From: Octopus sinensis
Taxonomy: Eukaryota
NCBI RefSeq assembly: GCF_006345805.1
Contig: NC_043009.1
Span: 18,910,001-18,974,000, forward strand
Direction: 5' to 3'
Length of the DNA: 64,000 nucleotides
The notes under the pieces were generated by a model, which saw only the letters and a program-made list of their open reading frames with translations, was not told the origin of the DNA and made no database searches. Below, piece by piece: positions 61,971 through 64,000 of the stretch (position 1 is its first letter; each line of letters opens with the position of its first letter). Both the position numbers and the translations under genes were made by a program.

Positions 61971-62452
61971 AAAACTCTAGTTGTGTGAGTGTCTGTCCCC
62001 TTCGATTTACATTCCTAACTCCTCCCACATTTTGCGGTGCAGTTTAACCAAATTCGGGTATCTTATAGTCGTGATTCATATCGAGCCCGTCTGACTATTA
62101 GCGCGCGTCAACGATGAGTCTACGATTTTAAAAATAATTTAACATCATTTTTTATTCCATTTTAATGCATAAAATGCATCATATGTCGATGGCGGCGGAG
62201 TTGGCGTCCACGCTCACAGCTGCACCTGTTTGCTTCTCCCCTTCCCTCCCTCGTGAAGCTGTGGGGAAGGGAGTGTAAAGAAATCAACGTCGTAATGCGT
62301 TGTGAAGGAAACCAGCGTTCTTTTAGAACAACGACTCATGGCTTGAAGACACCAAAACAAAAATGGCTAAGAAAGCCCGAATTTATAAGGGAAGTAACTC
62401 TCTAAAAATGCTTATATAGTTATTTCCCTTACAAACCCGGGCGATACTGCTA

Positions 62453-62453
<1 letters not shown>
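61962..62453 (+). mobile_element. Non-autonomous Helitron
   Basis: Ends aaacccgggcgatactgCTAG|T. The 3' ~70 bp are shared with the 48248 element. Confidence 0.75.
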
Positions 62454-62504
<51 letters not shown>

Positions 62505-62689
62505 AGAGGAATGAAGATAAGGAACAATTCTTTACAAAAATGAAGATATTAGGATGGGCAATAATGTTCAAGGGAATGTGACTTGTGAAGGAGTGCAATG
62601 CATACAATTTCTTGTACTTTGTGAGGACATTATTATACAGACTAAGCTAATAATTCTAGATAGGTTTATAGGGAAGTTGCTGTGATTTT

Positions 62690-63420
62690 CATATTTTCAG
62701 CCATTCAGTTTGGGGGAGAACTTTGTTATGAAGTATTATTACATATTTTTTCTGAAGAAGATGTCATTCCTTGGGGATGATAGAAGGGAAAGATCTTAAA
62801 TCTTTCCTTTTCCACATGTTTCTAAGTGTTTACTCAGTGGAATCTTTTGCAGTTCCTCCTGTTGGATATGTTGTCGGTGAATTCTGGTTTGTTGGCAGAA
62901 AGAATTTCCAGTTTCGCCTATATAATTCTCCTCGCGTGTGGGACGGGTTACGCAGTATATTACGTTCTGCGTCTTGCAATTCATGTCTGCATTTACTTCG
63001 AATGCGTGACCACTCTTAAATTTTATTTGTTTGTTTCCTTCTATGTATTTGTAGGTGGGGTTGCTACAAATTCCCCATATACCATCTCCACACACTTTTA
63101 CAAAGAATTCGGTTTTAGTTTCTGATGAGAATTTCGCTCTTGTTAGATGTTTCTTTAGGTTTTTGTCCTGTCGTCTACTGTTTTTTATGCAATATTTGTC
63201 TAGTATGTTTTCCATTTTGGGGCTTTGTAAGACTATTGGTAGGTTTGAATGTATGATTTAGAACATGTTGGTAACTCCAGGGTTGTGTGTGTTTATGAAA
63301 GGGATAATGTTTTCTTTGTTTTTCTTTTTTTTTTTGAGTTCTGAGATGTGTGATGTCCAGTTTCATTACTCTTGAGATTCCGAATTTTATTAATTTGAGT
63401 GGGTATTTCTGTCCTAGTAG
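62690..63420 (-). mobile_element. Penelope-like element fragment (RT thumb and GIY-YIG endonuclease)
   Basis: CKTQNVIYCVTRPTREENYIGETGNSFCQQTRIHRQHI matches the N(V/L)IY...YIGET...R..H pattern. Upstream KHLTRAK and decayed CG..C..C motifs. Confidence 0.85.
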
Positions 63421-63649
63421 GAAGTTTTTAAGTTCATTTAGTCATATTTGGCGTGTTTGTGAGTCGCTCTATATATACACACATATATTTATACACACAC
63501 TTTATAAATATATATACACATGATATGTATACACGCACACACACACATATATATATACGTCATGTATACGCATTAAATATATATATGTATATATATATAT
63601 ACGCATTATATATACATATGTATACACATTGTATACACACACGCACACT

Positions 63650-63691
<42 letters not shown>

Positions 63692-64000
63692 TAGATAGAT
63701 ACACATTATATATAGACACAGATTATATATATGAAATTAAGAAGGAGAGAAGACAAATTCAAAGGCCGATATATATATATTCATTCAAGCCATAATAACG
63801 TAATTCTCCATGGTATACAATATACATACATAGATGTATTCATCTATGTTATATATAAAATTACTAAGAATTTATAAATATATATATATACACGAAAATT
63901 TATAAATATATAAAAATTCATAGACATATAAAAATTTATAAACACATAAAAATTCATAAATGTAAATATACTAAAATATAAGCCCATAAATGTACTTGCG

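Overview
AT-rich, microsatellite-dense metazoan genomic DNA. The repeat families and simple-repeat density point to an octopus or other coleoid cephalopod; this is my recognition, not a database result. The only host gene I can support is a multi-exon, plus-strand WSC-domain (carbohydrate-binding) gene at about 0.9-9.5 kb. Each of its WSC domains is split into an N-half exon (phase 1-0) and a C-half exon (phase 0-1). The rest is nested mobile DNA: RTE, CR1-like, Tx1/L1-like and R4/Dong-like LINE fragments, a Penelope GIY-YIG fragment, Gypsy-type LTRs, a full-length decayed mariner, non-autonomous Helitrons, MITEs and several tRNA-derived SINE families. There is also a ~6.6 kb purine/pyrimidine-alternating satellite, a ~200 bp diverged tandem array and a 100-N gap. 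The most interesting signals are several hammerhead-ribozyme motifs (one apparently intact at 11689-11746), a possible mutually exclusive exon pair in the WSC gene, a C4HC3 PHD finger inside the RT of the RTE element, and several perfect foldbacks. Nearly all long ORFs in the supplied track are artefacts of simple repeats or of transposon antisense frames. All alignments, folds and translations were done by eye.
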